Below are positions 33,649-43,367 of a stretch of DNA of 56,663 nt, piece after piece. The stretch lies in the IMG/VR virus record IMGVR_UViG_3300036792_000179, positions 1-56,663 of that record; one strand, given 5' to 3'. Source of the DNA: a virus. Its lineage: Duplodnaviria; Caudoviricetes. Every line of letters begins with the position of its first letter. Within the stretch, counting starts at the first letter, position 1. The notes beneath the pieces are model-generated. The model was given only the letters and a program-made list of their open reading frames with translations, had not been told where the DNA came from and made no database searches. Position numbers and translations under genes: made by a program.

Positions 33649-34083
33649 ATGAGCCTCGGTGCTGGAATAGTGATCCAGGAACGAACCTTCAAGGCGTCGC
33701 TTAAGGGCGAAGCCTTTACGCTTCCGGCCAAACTGTTCGTCGCCATCGCCGAAGGCGAACCGACGCACGCCACTACAGGCACGGAACTCGAAGGTCTTGA
33801 GGTGCAGTACACGACGTACGCTCGTGCGGAAGTGCCCTTGGCTGAATGGGAATTCACGCCCGGCACAGGCACCGTCAAAGCCAAAGCCGTCAACAAAGCG
33901 GCGGTCAAATTTGCCACTCCTTCGGCGGTAGGCGCCCGAAAAGTCGCCAAGTTCTTCGCAATCTGCGACGCTGTCACAGCAGGGAATCAGTTCTACACGG
34001 GCAAACTCGAAACCGAACAGACGATCAACGTCGGCGGAACGGTCGAAGTCGCCGCGAAAGCCCTAGAAGTGACCTGGGAATAG
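33649..34083 (+). CDS. Fiber/decoration-type structural protein
   Basis: LFVA...YAR...N...VKF...FAICDAVTAGN..Y.G.L pattern. Confidence 0.7.
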   Translation: MSLGAGIVIQERTFKASLKGEAFTLPAKLFVAIAEGEPTHATTGTELEGLEVQYTTYARAEVPLAEWEFTPGTGTVKAKAVNKAAVKFATPSAVGARKVAKFFAICDAVTAGNQFYTGKLETEQTINVGGTVEVAAKALEVTWE

Positions 34084-34086
34084 CCG

Positions 34087-34935
34087 ATGACCCTGCTGAT
34101 GGGGGTCGAAAGCGGGCCGAGCAAAGCGGAAACGGTAGTCAAGGAAAAGGCTGCAGCCTGTCGTCTGGAATGTCTCGCGACAGGGGTACTGCAGGAAATC
34201 CACATCACCGGCAGTGCCGTGGAATGGACAGGCGTCACCGGAGCCTGGGTCGGTATTTTCGCCGACAGCGCGGGTGTTCCAGGTGCCGTTCTGGGGCAGG
34301 TCAAATTCACCGGGCAGCCGCCCACCGGGACGCCTTTCGCGGTATCGGGACTGTCCGTCCCCGTGACGAAAGCGAGCTTCTATCACCTTGGGTTCGTAAC
34401 ACTGGGGGGAACAGCGCAGTTCTTGACCACCACGGCTGGTTCGTCGACTGTTCGAAAGAGCACGAGCAGCACGCTGAAAGAACTCGCAGAAACGGCCTGG
34501 AACGCACCAAGCGGCAATGGCCCCATGCTGATCTGGGGAACTGGTGTTGAAGGAATACCGACGGTGCTCGCTGGCGCAGCGCACATGACGATGAGCGCGG
34601 CTGCCGTTGCCAGATCGGCGACGATCGTCGCGGGGGCGAGCTCATCTGTGTCAACGAGCGGCGGGGCACTCATGGCCGGAGCGAGGCCGCAAGGCCGGAG
34701 CGCGATGCACATGGATGCATCGAGTGCTTTTCGAGCTGCAGCAATGGCGCGAGGCGGGACATCGATGCGCATGCGGGCCAGCGCTGCGCTACGAGCGCTA
34801 CGAGCGCCGATCTACTCACGTGGGGTCACAAAGCCCAGGCCTGCGCACCGCATACTCGCTCTGACTCCTGCGAAAGGGCTCTACCCGCACAAAGGCCTCT
34901 ATCCGAAGGGTGATGTGACCATTGAGCCCGATTAA
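34087..34935 (+). CDS. Virion structural protein
   Basis: GIFADSAGVPGAVLGQ beta-sandwich motif, then an Ala-rich stalk. Confidence 0.6.
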   Translation: MTLLMGVESGPSKAETVVKEKAAACRLECLATGVLQEIHITGSAVEWTGVTGAWVGIFADSAGVPGAVLGQVKFTGQPPTGTPFAVSGLSVPVTKASFYHLGFVTLGGTAQFLTTTAGSSTVRKSTSSTLKELAETAWNAPSGNGPMLIWGTGVEGIPTVLAGAAHMTMSAAAVARSATIVAGASSSVSTSGGALMAGARPQGRSAMHMDASSAFRAAAMARGGTSMRMRASAALRALRAPIYSRGVTKPRPAHRILALTPAKGLYPHKGLYPKGDVTIEPD

Positions 34936-36385
34936 CCCCTTCGGCTGGAACGAAAACGCACCGCCTGATATCGATGCAGCCAACCTCGAGCTAGACCGCC
35001 AGGAGATCGCCGCCTACGGCGAAGAACAGGCGGTCCTGAAGTCCGAACCCGGGCGCTTTCAGGAGATCATCGGCGCCGCTCCGCTGACGAGTCGAGGGGT
35101 GTTCACGCCGGTCAGAACGCCCATCCTCCCGACTGCTGTCACGCTGCTGCCGAAACCAGAAAACTCGAACCTCGCAACGGGCCTGAACTGGAAACTGGAA
35201 AACCACTTCGCGTCTGGTTCCTCGCTGGCCGATTCGAGCGACTGGGGGCTCAACGCAGCGACCTGCATCAAGCTCGAAACCGAAGGCGGCGGTCTGCTGG
35301 CAAGCGTTCAGCGCACGCGCGAAACGGAAGTCAATCTCAAAGGCAAGCACCTTCGGCTCTGGCTCAAGCTGGACCCCAACTGCGTTGGCACGTTGAAGGA
35401 ACTCAGCTTCCGGGTCGGCGGCGGTGCGGCAGCGTTCGAAAACGTCTTCAAATCGCAGATCTGGGTCAATCCCGCCAGTTCTACGCAGGCGCGCCTGGAA
35501 GAAGAACTAGGCCAGATCGCCTGCTGCGGTGAATGGTTCCCGTGGACCGTGAACCCCTGTGGTCTGCCGGGCAGGGAAGGCACGCCGAACTGGGAATCGA
35601 TCCGCGACTTCCAGCTGCGCGTAGAAGACAACGGCACGGGTCCGTCGACGGTGCGCTTCGGGGGCATCGAGACCGTCGAAAACGACATGCGCTTCCCCAA
35701 CGGGGTCGTCTCCTTCACGATGGACGACGACTACCTCTCCCAGCGCACGATCCAGGCCGCGATCCTCGCCAAATACGGCTACAAGGCCAGCGTCTACATC
35801 ACAGGCGACTCGATCGGCGAATCGGGCCACCTGACCCGCGAAGAAGTCGAACGCCTCGTGCAGGTCTACGGCTGGGACCTCCATGTCCACTGCATGCTCA
35901 AAGCGAACAACTCGACCGAACCGAGCATCGGGATGACCGGCCTGACGACTCAGCAGCTGATCGAAGACTGGGACCGGATCAAGGGCCTCGTCCACGAAAT
36001 GGGCGGCAATCCGAACCACATCGCGATCCCCTCAGGCAAGGTTTCGGCGTCACTTCTAGCCCTAGCGCGACAGAAGTTCTCCGTGATGCGCCGCACGACT
36101 CCCTATGGCGCGGAGACCGTTCCCCCAGCCGACCCCTATCGAATCCGCAAGGTGGGGATGGTGGTCTCAAGCGCAGCTGGTCCTGACACAACTCCCGGCA
36201 CGATGGAGTGGATCGTCAAGCAGGCATCGGAAACCGGCGGCTGGGTCAATTTCCTCTTCCACGACGTAGCGCCGGTAGCTAAAGAACCGAACACCATCGA
36301 AGAAAAAAAGTTCAAAGAAGTCATCGAATACATCAACGCCAAAGGCGTGCCGGTGCGCAAGGTCTCGGAAGTTCTGGGGGTCTGA
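34922..36385 (+). CDS. Virion-associated polysaccharide deacetylase (NodB/CE4) protein
   Basis: VSFTMDDDY, GWDLHVH, IAIPSG, FLFHDV; N-terminal carbohydrate-binding-like domain. Confidence 0.8.
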   Translation: MSPINPFGWNENAPPDIDAANLELDRQEIAAYGEEQAVLKSEPGRFQEIIGAAPLTSRGVFTPVRTPILPTAVTLLPKPENSNLATGLNWKLENHFASGSSLADSSDWGLNAATCIKLETEGGGLLASVQRTRETEVNLKGKHLRLWLKLDPNCVGTLKELSFRVGGGAAAFENVFKSQIWVNPASSTQARLEEELGQIACCGEWFPWTVNPCGLPGREGTPNWESIRDFQLRVEDNGTGPSTVRFGGIETVENDMRFPNGVVSFTMDDDYLSQRTIQAAILAKYGYKASVYITGDSIGESGHLTREEVERLVQVYGWDLHVHCMLKANNSTEPSIGMTGLTTQQLIEDWDRIKGLVHEMGGNPNHIAIPSGKVSASLLALARQKFSVMRRTTPYGAETVPPADPYRIRKVGMVVSSAAGPDTTPGTMEWIVKQASETGGWVNFLFHDVAPVAKEPNTIEEKKFKEVIEYINAKGVPVRKVSEVLGV

Positions 36386-37348
36386 ATGCCGGCCGACTGG
36401 ATCATCTCTCAGGGCGACACCGAGCCGTTGTTCTTCGATGAACTGAGTTACGAAACCGGTGCGAAGGTCGACCTGACCGGCGCTGCGGTCGAGTTTGTTA
36501 TGCGAGCCCTGACGGCCAATCAGCCCGTAGCGTTGACCGGGACCGTCAGCGTCGTGTCGACCACGGAAGGCAAGGTGGCATTTTCGCCCAGCACGACGGA
36601 CTCGGCGACGGTGGGCAACTATATGGCCCAGTGGGTAGTGACATTCTCCGGCGGGGAAAGGATGACCTTCCCAACCGAAGGCTACCTATGGGTACAGGTG
36701 CAAGCGAATCTGACCAGCGAAGGGGGCGCTCAGCTTGTGGGCCTGCCCGAGCTCAAGGATTACCTGAACATCCCGGCTGACAACCGCACGCACGACACGA
36801 AGCTGATCGGCTATATCGAAACGGTCGCAGCCTTGATCGAATCGGCCATCGGTCCTGTGCTACCCCGCAAGTTCGACGAACTCTACGACGGCGGCAACAA
36901 CATCATCACCCTGCTGCATACCCCAAGCGCGGGATACGGCACAAGCCCCTTCATCGACATCCTCGGCGTCGACGAGTTCAGAGGTCCGATCGACTACTCA
37001 CTGAATGCCGTTCAGAACCCCGTCTTCGGCTCGATCTACTCCTACGAACTGAATCCGCAGTTGGGGGAGATCACTCGCAGGACTGCAGGTGGCGGGGTGG
37101 TCGGGTTCTTCCCTGGTCGGAACACCGTTCATGTGGTCTACGAATGCGGTCAACGCGTCGTGCCGCACAACGTGGCGATGGCGGCTAAGGAGACAATCCG
37201 CGAGGCCTACCAGACCACACAGGCAGTAGGGCGAGGGTCACTGAGTGTGGCCGATGAGCAGGAAACGCAGATGTCACTGGCCCAGGCCTTCACGGTTCAT
37301 GGAAGCCGTCTGCTACAGCCGCAGCGCCGGCACCCGTCCCTGGCGTAA
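36386..37348 (+). CDS. BppU-like N-domain fused to head-tail adaptor
   Basis: ISQGDT...VDLTGA...TFPTEGY; then LVGLPELKDYLNI...YDGG...VVYECG. Confidence 0.75.
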   Translation: MPADWIISQGDTEPLFFDELSYETGAKVDLTGAAVEFVMRALTANQPVALTGTVSVVSTTEGKVAFSPSTTDSATVGNYMAQWVVTFSGGERMTFPTEGYLWVQVQANLTSEGGAQLVGLPELKDYLNIPADNRTHDTKLIGYIETVAALIESAIGPVLPRKFDELYDGGNNIITLLHTPSAGYGTSPFIDILGVDEFRGPIDYSLNAVQNPVFGSIYSYELNPQLGEITRRTAGGGVVGFFPGRNTVHVVYECGQRVVPHNVAMAAKETIREAYQTTQAVGRGSLSVADEQETQMSLAQAFTVHGSRLLQPQRRHPSLA

Positions 37349-37351
37349 GTC

Positions 37352-37804
37352 ATGCAGCTGCTCATCTCAGGAGAAGGCAAGAAGGCCCAGAACCGCATCA
37401 AGAAACTTGAGAAGCAGATCGGCGGCTCGACAAAGTTGATGGCCGAGGTCGGCGCACTGATAATCGCCCGCAACAAGGCTACGTTCGGCAAAGGCGTTCA
37501 ACTCCAGCCTGAGACCGTGGAATACAAGGAGAAGTACGGCCAGTCCACGGAGCCGCTGGTCGAAACGGGCCGAACGAAGGACGAACTGACCACCGAGCGC
37601 GGCATCAAACGACTGCGCCCCGACGAACTCGTCTTCGGCTCCGATTCGAAGGTCGAAAGGGGCGGCGACGAGATCCCGCTCTCGAAGGCATACCTGCTCC
37701 AGCACGGTTCCAAGCACCAGAAGCCACGCAGGGTTCTGAAGGTCACGCCCGTAACTCGGCGCAAGATCGGCGAGACGATTCTGAAAGGCGTGACCAAGGA
37801 CTGA
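37352..37804 (+). CDS. Neck / virion morphogenesis protein
   Basis: PLVETGR...LVFGS...AYLLQHGS...PRR. Confidence 0.7.
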   Translation: MQLLISGEGKKAQNRIKKLEKQIGGSTKLMAEVGALIIARNKATFGKGVQLQPETVEYKEKYGQSTEPLVETGRTKDELTTERGIKRLRPDELVFGSDSKVERGGDEIPLSKAYLLQHGSKHQKPRRVLKVTPVTRRKIGETILKGVTKD

Positions 37805-37813
37805 GGAGGCCCC

Positions 37814-38500
37814 ATGCCGGAAAGTCTCTTCGGCCCGATCATCGCCACGCAGAACGTCGAGAACGCGGTGATTGCGACCTACCGCGTCTGGATCAACGAA
37901 TACTTGGCGGAGGTCGAGCGCCAGTCGGGCCTCAGACGGAAGACACTTCCTCGCCCGCCCGCGCCAGAGTCGATTCACGGAGGAGTTGACTTCGAGAGTT
38001 GGTTCCAAGACACCACGCCGCAGGTAATGGTCGTGGTAGAGCCAAACGACGCGCTGGAGTACGGCGAGTCCTCCGGCTACGTCCAGGGCTATGACGTGCG
38101 CGTCGGGTGCCTATGGGTCGGCTCGGGCTCTGAACTCGCGCAGCGCCCGGAGGATGAAGCTAGAGCGGTCGTCTCCTACTACGGAGCGGCACTGATGCTC
38201 CTGGTGCAGACCGGACCGCTTTCCACCCTTGCTGAGTCGCTGCCGTTCGAGCGCTTGAGGATGACCCAAGCCCCGCAGACCTCACTGCCAGATCCCGACC
38301 GCCGGCAGATCGCGCAGTCAGTCGTGACCTTCGAGCTGTGGGTGGCGGAAGTCATCAAGGAGTCGGCAGGCCCCGTTCAGCCGAACCCCAAGGAATCCCC
38401 GCAGTACGGCGGAGAACCAGAAGCGCCGTACGGAGAAGAGCCCGTTGTCTCCAAGGAGACGATCGAGATCACCGCAGTGCCGCTTGAAGACCAACCCTAG
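37814..38500 (+). CDS. Tail terminator / completion protein
   Basis: Position before the sheath gene; RBS GAGGAGG. Confidence 0.6.
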   Translation: MPESLFGPIIATQNVENAVIATYRVWINEYLAEVERQSGLRRKTLPRPPAPESIHGGVDFESWFQDTTPQVMVVVEPNDALEYGESSGYVQGYDVRVGCLWVGSGSELAQRPEDEARAVVSYYGAALMLLVQTGPLSTLAESLPFERLRMTQAPQTSLPDPDRRQIAQSVVTFELWVAEVIKESAGPVQPNPKESPQYGGEPEAPYGEEPVVSKETIEITAVPLEDQP

Positions 38501-38508
38501 GAGAACCT

Positions 38509-39999
38509 ATGTCGCCATTGGGCGTAAACGTCACTAGTTCGGAGACGCCACAAAGTGCGGGGGTCTCTACCACAACAGGGCAGATGTTCCTCGTTGCACC
38601 CGCCATCTACGGTCCCGAAACTCCCACGCTGGTCCGGAGCCTGAACGAAGCGGTAACGCTCTACGGACCGCGTGAAGGCGAATCGGTGAAGATCTACGAC
38701 TACCTCAATGCGTTCTTCGCGCTGGGTGGATCGCGTGCCTACGTCAACCGCGTGGCCGGAGAAGGCTCAGCCGCAGCAGCGCTGCTTGAACTGGAAGCGG
38801 GCGCGACCGCGAAAACGCTCGTCGTCACGGCGAAGTACAAGGGCACATACGGCAACGGCTTGAAAGTCGAAGTCGTCGAAAACGAAGCGAAAACGAAAAC
38901 AAAGCTCATCATCCAGAACCCGGCCGGCGAAGTGCTCGAATCCTCCGGCGAATACGCCGAAGCAAAAGAACTAGCGGCGTGGGGCGAAGAAGCCGCGCAC
39001 CAGACTTACGTGCTCGTCACCCAAGGATCTGGCTACTCGACCGGGAAAACGGGCCTCGTCAAAAAAATCGCCGCAACGAAACTCGCGTCAGGTGTGAACC
39101 CGACGGTCGGCGAAAAAACGTTCATCAAATCGATCGAAGGCTTCGCCAAGGGACTCGGCCCGGGACAGCTCTGTGCAGCTACCACGGTGCTCGCCTCATC
39201 CAGCCCCGAAGAAAAAGTTCATACGGCGATGGGCGAACACGCGAGCAAAAACAACCGCTTCGCCCTGCTCGACCTCAAACGCGCCGAAGAAGCAGGTTCG
39301 ACGGTCGCTCAGCTCAAAACGGAACTCGGCACGCCGGCAGTCGGCATCGCGGGCTACATGGCGACGTTCTCAAGCGCTGTCACTGCGGCTGGTCTGACAC
39401 TCGGCACCACGCGGACGATCCCGGCTTCGCCGATTGTGGCAGGGCTCTGCGCTCAGGTCTCCAACACTCCGCAGATCAACCAGGCACCGGCAGGACGTAG
39501 GTGGTCGCTGGCTCCGTTCGTGACGGGCCTGACCAACACCTACTCTGAAGAAAACATGGCGACGCTGGCCGAAGGCGGAATCAACCCCGTAGCGGAACGG
39601 CAGGGGATCTTCTGCCTCTTCGATTTCGTCACCGCCCTGTTGAGGACAAAAGATGCGATCTTCTGCCAGGCCTCGGCCTCGCGGGAGCGGATGCTGCTCG
39701 TCGCCTCCTCTGAACAGATCGGTGAACGCTATCTGTTCGCCACGCTCGACGGGCGGCATCAGAAGCGCGCCAAGTTCCAGGGTGAGCTGCAGGGCCTCAT
39801 CAAACAGGAGTGGGAAGCGGGATCGCTCTACGGCGAAGAAGCGCCAGAAGCGGGGATCGTCGAAGTCGGCGAACCGATCAACACGCTCGCCACTGAACAG
39901 AACGGCGAACTCAACGCCGAGCTGATCGTGCGGCTCAGTCCCTTCGCTGAATACGTGAAGATCGCGATTGTGTTCACGCCCATCACAGAAAACGTCTGA
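38509..39999 (+). CDS. Contractile tail sheath protein
   Basis: AFFALGGSRAYVNRV, AKYKGTYGNGLKV, NRFALLD, PASPIVAGL, QAPAG, SPFAEYVKI. Confidence 0.92.
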   Translation: MSPLGVNVTSSETPQSAGVSTTTGQMFLVAPAIYGPETPTLVRSLNEAVTLYGPREGESVKIYDYLNAFFALGGSRAYVNRVAGEGSAAAALLELEAGATAKTLVVTAKYKGTYGNGLKVEVVENEAKTKTKLIIQNPAGEVLESSGEYAEAKELAAWGEEAAHQTYVLVTQGSGYSTGKTGLVKKIAATKLASGVNPTVGEKTFIKSIEGFAKGLGPGQLCAATTVLASSSPEEKVHTAMGEHASKNNRFALLDLKRAEEAGSTVAQLKTELGTPAVGIAGYMATFSSAVTAAGLTLGTTRTIPASPIVAGLCAQVSNTPQINQAPAGRRWSLAPFVTGLTNTYSEENMATLAEGGINPVAERQGIFCLFDFVTALLRTKDAIFCQASASRERMLLVASSEQIGERYLFATLDGRHQKRAKFQGELQGLIKQEWEAGSLYGEEAPEAGIVEVGEPINTLATEQNGELNAELIVRLSPFAEYVKIAIVFTPITENV

Positions 40000-40008
40000 G
40001 GAGAACCA

Positions 40009-40431
40009 ATGGCCACCTTTTATCGCTCAGACCAAGCATCGATTGGCGTGACAATCGCTGGGATCACCATCGACAACGAATCCTGGGACATGCTCGAAGA
40101 CGGAGACAACGAAGTCGACACGCTCAAAGTCTTCCCGGGCGGCATGGCCGATGGCGTAGACCTCGGGGGTATTCCAAAACCTGGAGATCTAACGGTCGGT
40201 CGGCTTTGGTCGAGTGTCCTGATCCCGAAGTACAAGGAAGTCTACAACTCCGCCGGACAGGTGGCCGTGACAGTCACCTACTCCGTGCTGGAACGCAACA
40301 AGACAACGATGGGCGTTGTCTTCACCCAAAACGGTGTGCTTGGCACGGTCAAAAAGACGAACTACAAAGCGGGCACCGCAGAAGAGGCGTTCGTGACTAT
40401 CAAAGTTGGACTTAACGCCCAGATCAACTGA
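40009..40431 (+). CDS. Tail tube protein
   Basis: Follows the sheath; PGGM...LGG...LTVGR. Confidence 0.8.
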   Translation: MATFYRSDQASIGVTIAGITIDNESWDMLEDGDNEVDTLKVFPGGMADGVDLGGIPKPGDLTVGRLWSSVLIPKYKEVYNSAGQVAVTVTYSVLERNKTTMGVVFTQNGVLGTVKKTNYKAGTAEEAFVTIKVGLNAQIN

Positions 40432-40442
40432 GGAGGCAGTAC

Positions 40443-40934
40443 ATGGAGGCGTCAGTTTCTGACGTGAGGGGGAGTTCCCTACAGCAGCGTGTCCAGGCAG
40501 CGCGTAAGCAGCGCCACAAGCAATCAGTGGTGTATGTGCCTCTGCCGGGCTACGAAGGAATGCTGATCGGTCGCTACAAGACGACCGACTGGCAGACCCG
40601 CGTTGACATCAACATGGCGCTCGAAGGACAGGAAGGGCGCAAGTCCGAGCTGATGTGGAGGCTCGCCAGCGACCACCTGATTGCCGCCTGTGAGGGTATG
40701 GAAGCCAAGGACGGCGAGGAGTCCCTTGACCTCGGCCTGACTTACGGCATCGAGCTCGGCAACTGGCTCGGCCTCGATATGACTGACATCGCCACCCCGC
40801 AAGAGGCGATCTCGCTGATCATCGAGGACGGCGAGGAGTTGATCGAGCACTTCGGTGCCGTGCGCCAGGCTCAGGCCGGCGAGAGCACGAAGATCGACGA
40901 AAGCCTCGCGGGGGAATCGCAAGCGGCCAGTTGA
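40443..40934 (+). CDS. Tail assembly chaperone (G)
   Basis: Between tube and tape measure; slippery GGGGGAA at 40910-40916. Confidence 0.8.
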   Translation: MEASVSDVRGSSLQQRVQAARKQRHKQSVVYVPLPGYEGMLIGRYKTTDWQTRVDINMALEGQEGRKSELMWRLASDHLIAACEGMEAKDGEESLDLGLTYGIELGNWLGLDMTDIATPQEAISLIIEDGEELIEHFGAVRQAQAGESTKIDESLAGESQAAS

Positions 40935-41089
40935 GCACCGAAACGGTGGCACTGGCCGCTTTTTGCGTTGAACTAGGCATGACTACTCAAGCTGATCGCC
41001 TGTTTGAAGATTCAGACCCGACGTATCGCATCTGGGTGGCGGGTCTAACTAGACGAGTGCAGGAGGCTCATCGCGCAGGGGGGCGTTGA
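40910..41089 (+). other. -1 programmed frameshift extension of the tail chaperone (G-T)
   Basis: The -1 frame is open from GGGGGAA to TGA 41089 (GIASGQLSTETVALAAFCVELGM...). Confidence 0.7.
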
Positions 41090-41577
41090 TTCATCCGCTG
41101 CTCGGCCGTCGTGGCCCATCGGCAGTTGCCGGGCTCATAGTTCCCGTTTACATCAATCCTGTCGAGCGTCGTGCCAGGAGAGCGCGTGCCCATGTCAGCG
41201 AGGAACTCCTCGAAGCTGTTACGCCAGCGGTCGCAGACCTTGATGCCACGGCCGCCGTAGTTGTGAAACCCCTTGTAAGTCTGTTGGTAACAACGTGCCC
41301 GCATGTTTAGCCAGCTACTCATCGTAGGGGTGGGTCGCCCGGGCGCACTCCACCGATCAGGCTTGCGCTCTGGGCGCGGTGTCCCCAGTTCCCGTTTGAG
41401 ACAGCCGCAGCTCTTCGTGTTGCCAGTTTTCAAGTGATTCGCTTCCACGGACTTGACGGTCCCACAATCGCAGCGACATTGCACTATCCGGCCCCCGTGC
41501 GCAGCACGACGGTCCGGGAAATCGATGATCGTCATGCGACCAAACCGCTGCCCGATAGTGAGGGGTGAGTGAGGCAC
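41068..41577 (-). CDS. HNH-type homing endonuclease inserted antisense in the tail operon
   Basis: GQRFGR...CRCDCG...KSCGC...YGGRGIKVCDRW...TLDRIDVNGNYEPGNCRWAT; leaderless -10 TAAGCT at 41589-41584. Confidence 0.9.
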   Translation of the reverse strand: MPHSPLTIGQRFGRMTIIDFPDRRAAHGGRIVQCRCDCGTVKSVEANHLKTGNTKSCGCLKRELGTPRPERKPDRWSAPGRPTPTMSSWLNMRARCYQQTYKGFHNYGGRGIKVCDRWRNSFEEFLADMGTRSPGTTLDRIDVNGNYEPGNCRWATTAEQRMNQRPPAR

Positions 41578-41633
41578 GGGCGTAGCTTATCGCGATCTAG
41601 CTGATGGGGATTGATGCGCAGGAAAGGTGAGCG

Positions 41634-43367
41634 ATGTCTACGACAGAGGAGGCAATCCGCGTCAAGCTGCTCGACGCGAAGAAGGCTGAAACCGAACTCC
41701 GCAAAGTTCGGAAGGAGCTTGAAGACACGACGGGGACGACCAGCGGTCACACGAAGGCCTCCGAGCACCAGTCCAAAGCCGTCGACAAAGTCCATCACTC
41801 CTTCAGCAAGTTCCGGACGGCATTCAACTACGGCGGCGGCTTGCTCGGCCTTGGCGCGGTTGGCTACGGGCTCAAGGATCTGGTGCAGGGCGGTATCCGC
41901 GCCAATGAACAGCAAGAGCTTCTACAGGCAGCCCTACGTGCTACGGGACGCACGGGTGAACAGCATCTGGGGAAGGTCAACAGGGCGATCGAGGAGTCGG
42001 GCGCTCACGGCGGCTTCGGGGTCGTAGAAGAGACCCAGGGCGTCGCTCAGCTCGTCCGCGTCACGGGCAGCTATGAAAAGGCGCTGAAGCTCAACAACTC
42101 AGCGGTACAGCTCGCCCGGGGCACGCACCTCGACTACGCGACCTCGCTGAAAATGGTCGCCCAGATCCAGACGGGCAACACCGGCCGGCTGCAGAAGTAC
42201 CTCGGGATCATCCAGCCTGTCACGAGTCACGTCGATGCCCTGAAGAAGTCGACCAAAGCCGGAAACGAAGCGGTCAAAGAACAGATCCAGCTCTACAAGC
42301 TGGCCCACCCGGGCGTGACGATCCTCGGATCGGCGATGAAAGAAGTCAACAAGCAGGCCCTCGAACACGCGAAACTGCTCGACAAAGAAGCGACCGCTCA
42401 GAAGGCCCAGGAAGCGATTGCCAAGAAGTACGGCACAACGGTCACGACGTACAACAAAACGGCTGCCGGGGCGATCTCCAACGCCAACAACGCCTTCAAA
42501 GCCGCTACCGAGGAACTGGGCCAGAAACTCCTCCCGGCTGTGACCGATGTAGCCAAAGGCTTTGGTTCGCTCGTGACCGAAATCGCTCACGGCGAAGGGA
42601 TCTGGAAAACCGTCGGGCACGATCTGAGCGATGTCGCCGAAGACGCCAAGGATGTCTGGCAGTTCTTCGAAAAAAACAAGTGGGCGCTGAAAGGCCTTGA
42701 GACGGTTCTAGTCGCAGGCGGAACTCTCGCTGCCTTCGAGAAGCTGTCGAAAATCAGCCAGACCTTCCGTGGGCTCTCCATCGTGAAAGCGTTCGCTGGT
42801 CTCGGGCCGACGCTCGCGGCGGAGGATGGTGCGGTAACGCTCGCCGGCACGACGATGGGTGGACTCTGGGCCGGAGCATTTACCGTGGCGGCAGGAGCGG
42901 AGATTGGTCTCTGGCTGAGCAAAGAGCTTCCCAACGGTCTCTTCGGCAGCCCAGAACCGAGCAGCAAACATGCCGAGGGCACGCTAGCCGGTCAAGGGAA
43001 GGGCACGTACCTACGTAGGAACAGCGACGGCACTTACGAGGTCGCGCCTAAGCATGGCTTTGAACACACCCGCGCTGGTGGAAAAGCGGCGAGTGGCCCG
43101 CTCACACCAGCGGAAGCCGCGACTGTCTCACGGTTTCTCGAACATCCACATAGCGAGTCCGGTCTGACGAGTCGGGAGATTGCCCTCATCGAAAAGGCGT
43201 TCGAAAGGGCAGGGAAGCAGCCAGTGAACCTCTACCTCGACGGAAAACTGCTTGCTCACACCGTTGGTGATCACGCGATTAGGCAGGAACCCATCGCGCG
43301 CAAGTTCGCAGAAGCGACGACTAAGCATGTCCAGAGCAAGAACGCTCGCGGCAGCGGCGGACGATGA
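41634..43367 (+). CDS. Tape measure protein
   Basis: Ala/Gly/Lys-rich and helical; EELGQKLLP; ends with VNLYLDGK. Confidence 0.88.
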   Translation: MSTTEEAIRVKLLDAKKAETELRKVRKELEDTTGTTSGHTKASEHQSKAVDKVHHSFSKFRTAFNYGGGLLGLGAVGYGLKDLVQGGIRANEQQELLQAALRATGRTGEQHLGKVNRAIEESGAHGGFGVVEETQGVAQLVRVTGSYEKALKLNNSAVQLARGTHLDYATSLKMVAQIQTGNTGRLQKYLGIIQPVTSHVDALKKSTKAGNEAVKEQIQLYKLAHPGVTILGSAMKEVNKQALEHAKLLDKEATAQKAQEAIAKKYGTTVTTYNKTAAGAISNANNAFKAATEELGQKLLPAVTDVAKGFGSLVTEIAHGEGIWKTVGHDLSDVAEDAKDVWQFFEKNKWALKGLETVLVAGGTLAAFEKLSKISQTFRGLSIVKAFAGLGPTLAAEDGAVTLAGTTMGGLWAGAFTVAAGAEIGLWLSKELPNGLFGSPEPSSKHAEGTLAGQGKGTYLRRNSDGTYEVAPKHGFEHTRAGGKAASGPLTPAEAATVSRFLEHPHSESGLTSREIALIEKAFERAGKQPVNLYLDGKLLAHTVGDHAIRQEPIARKFAEATTKHVQSKNARGSGGR

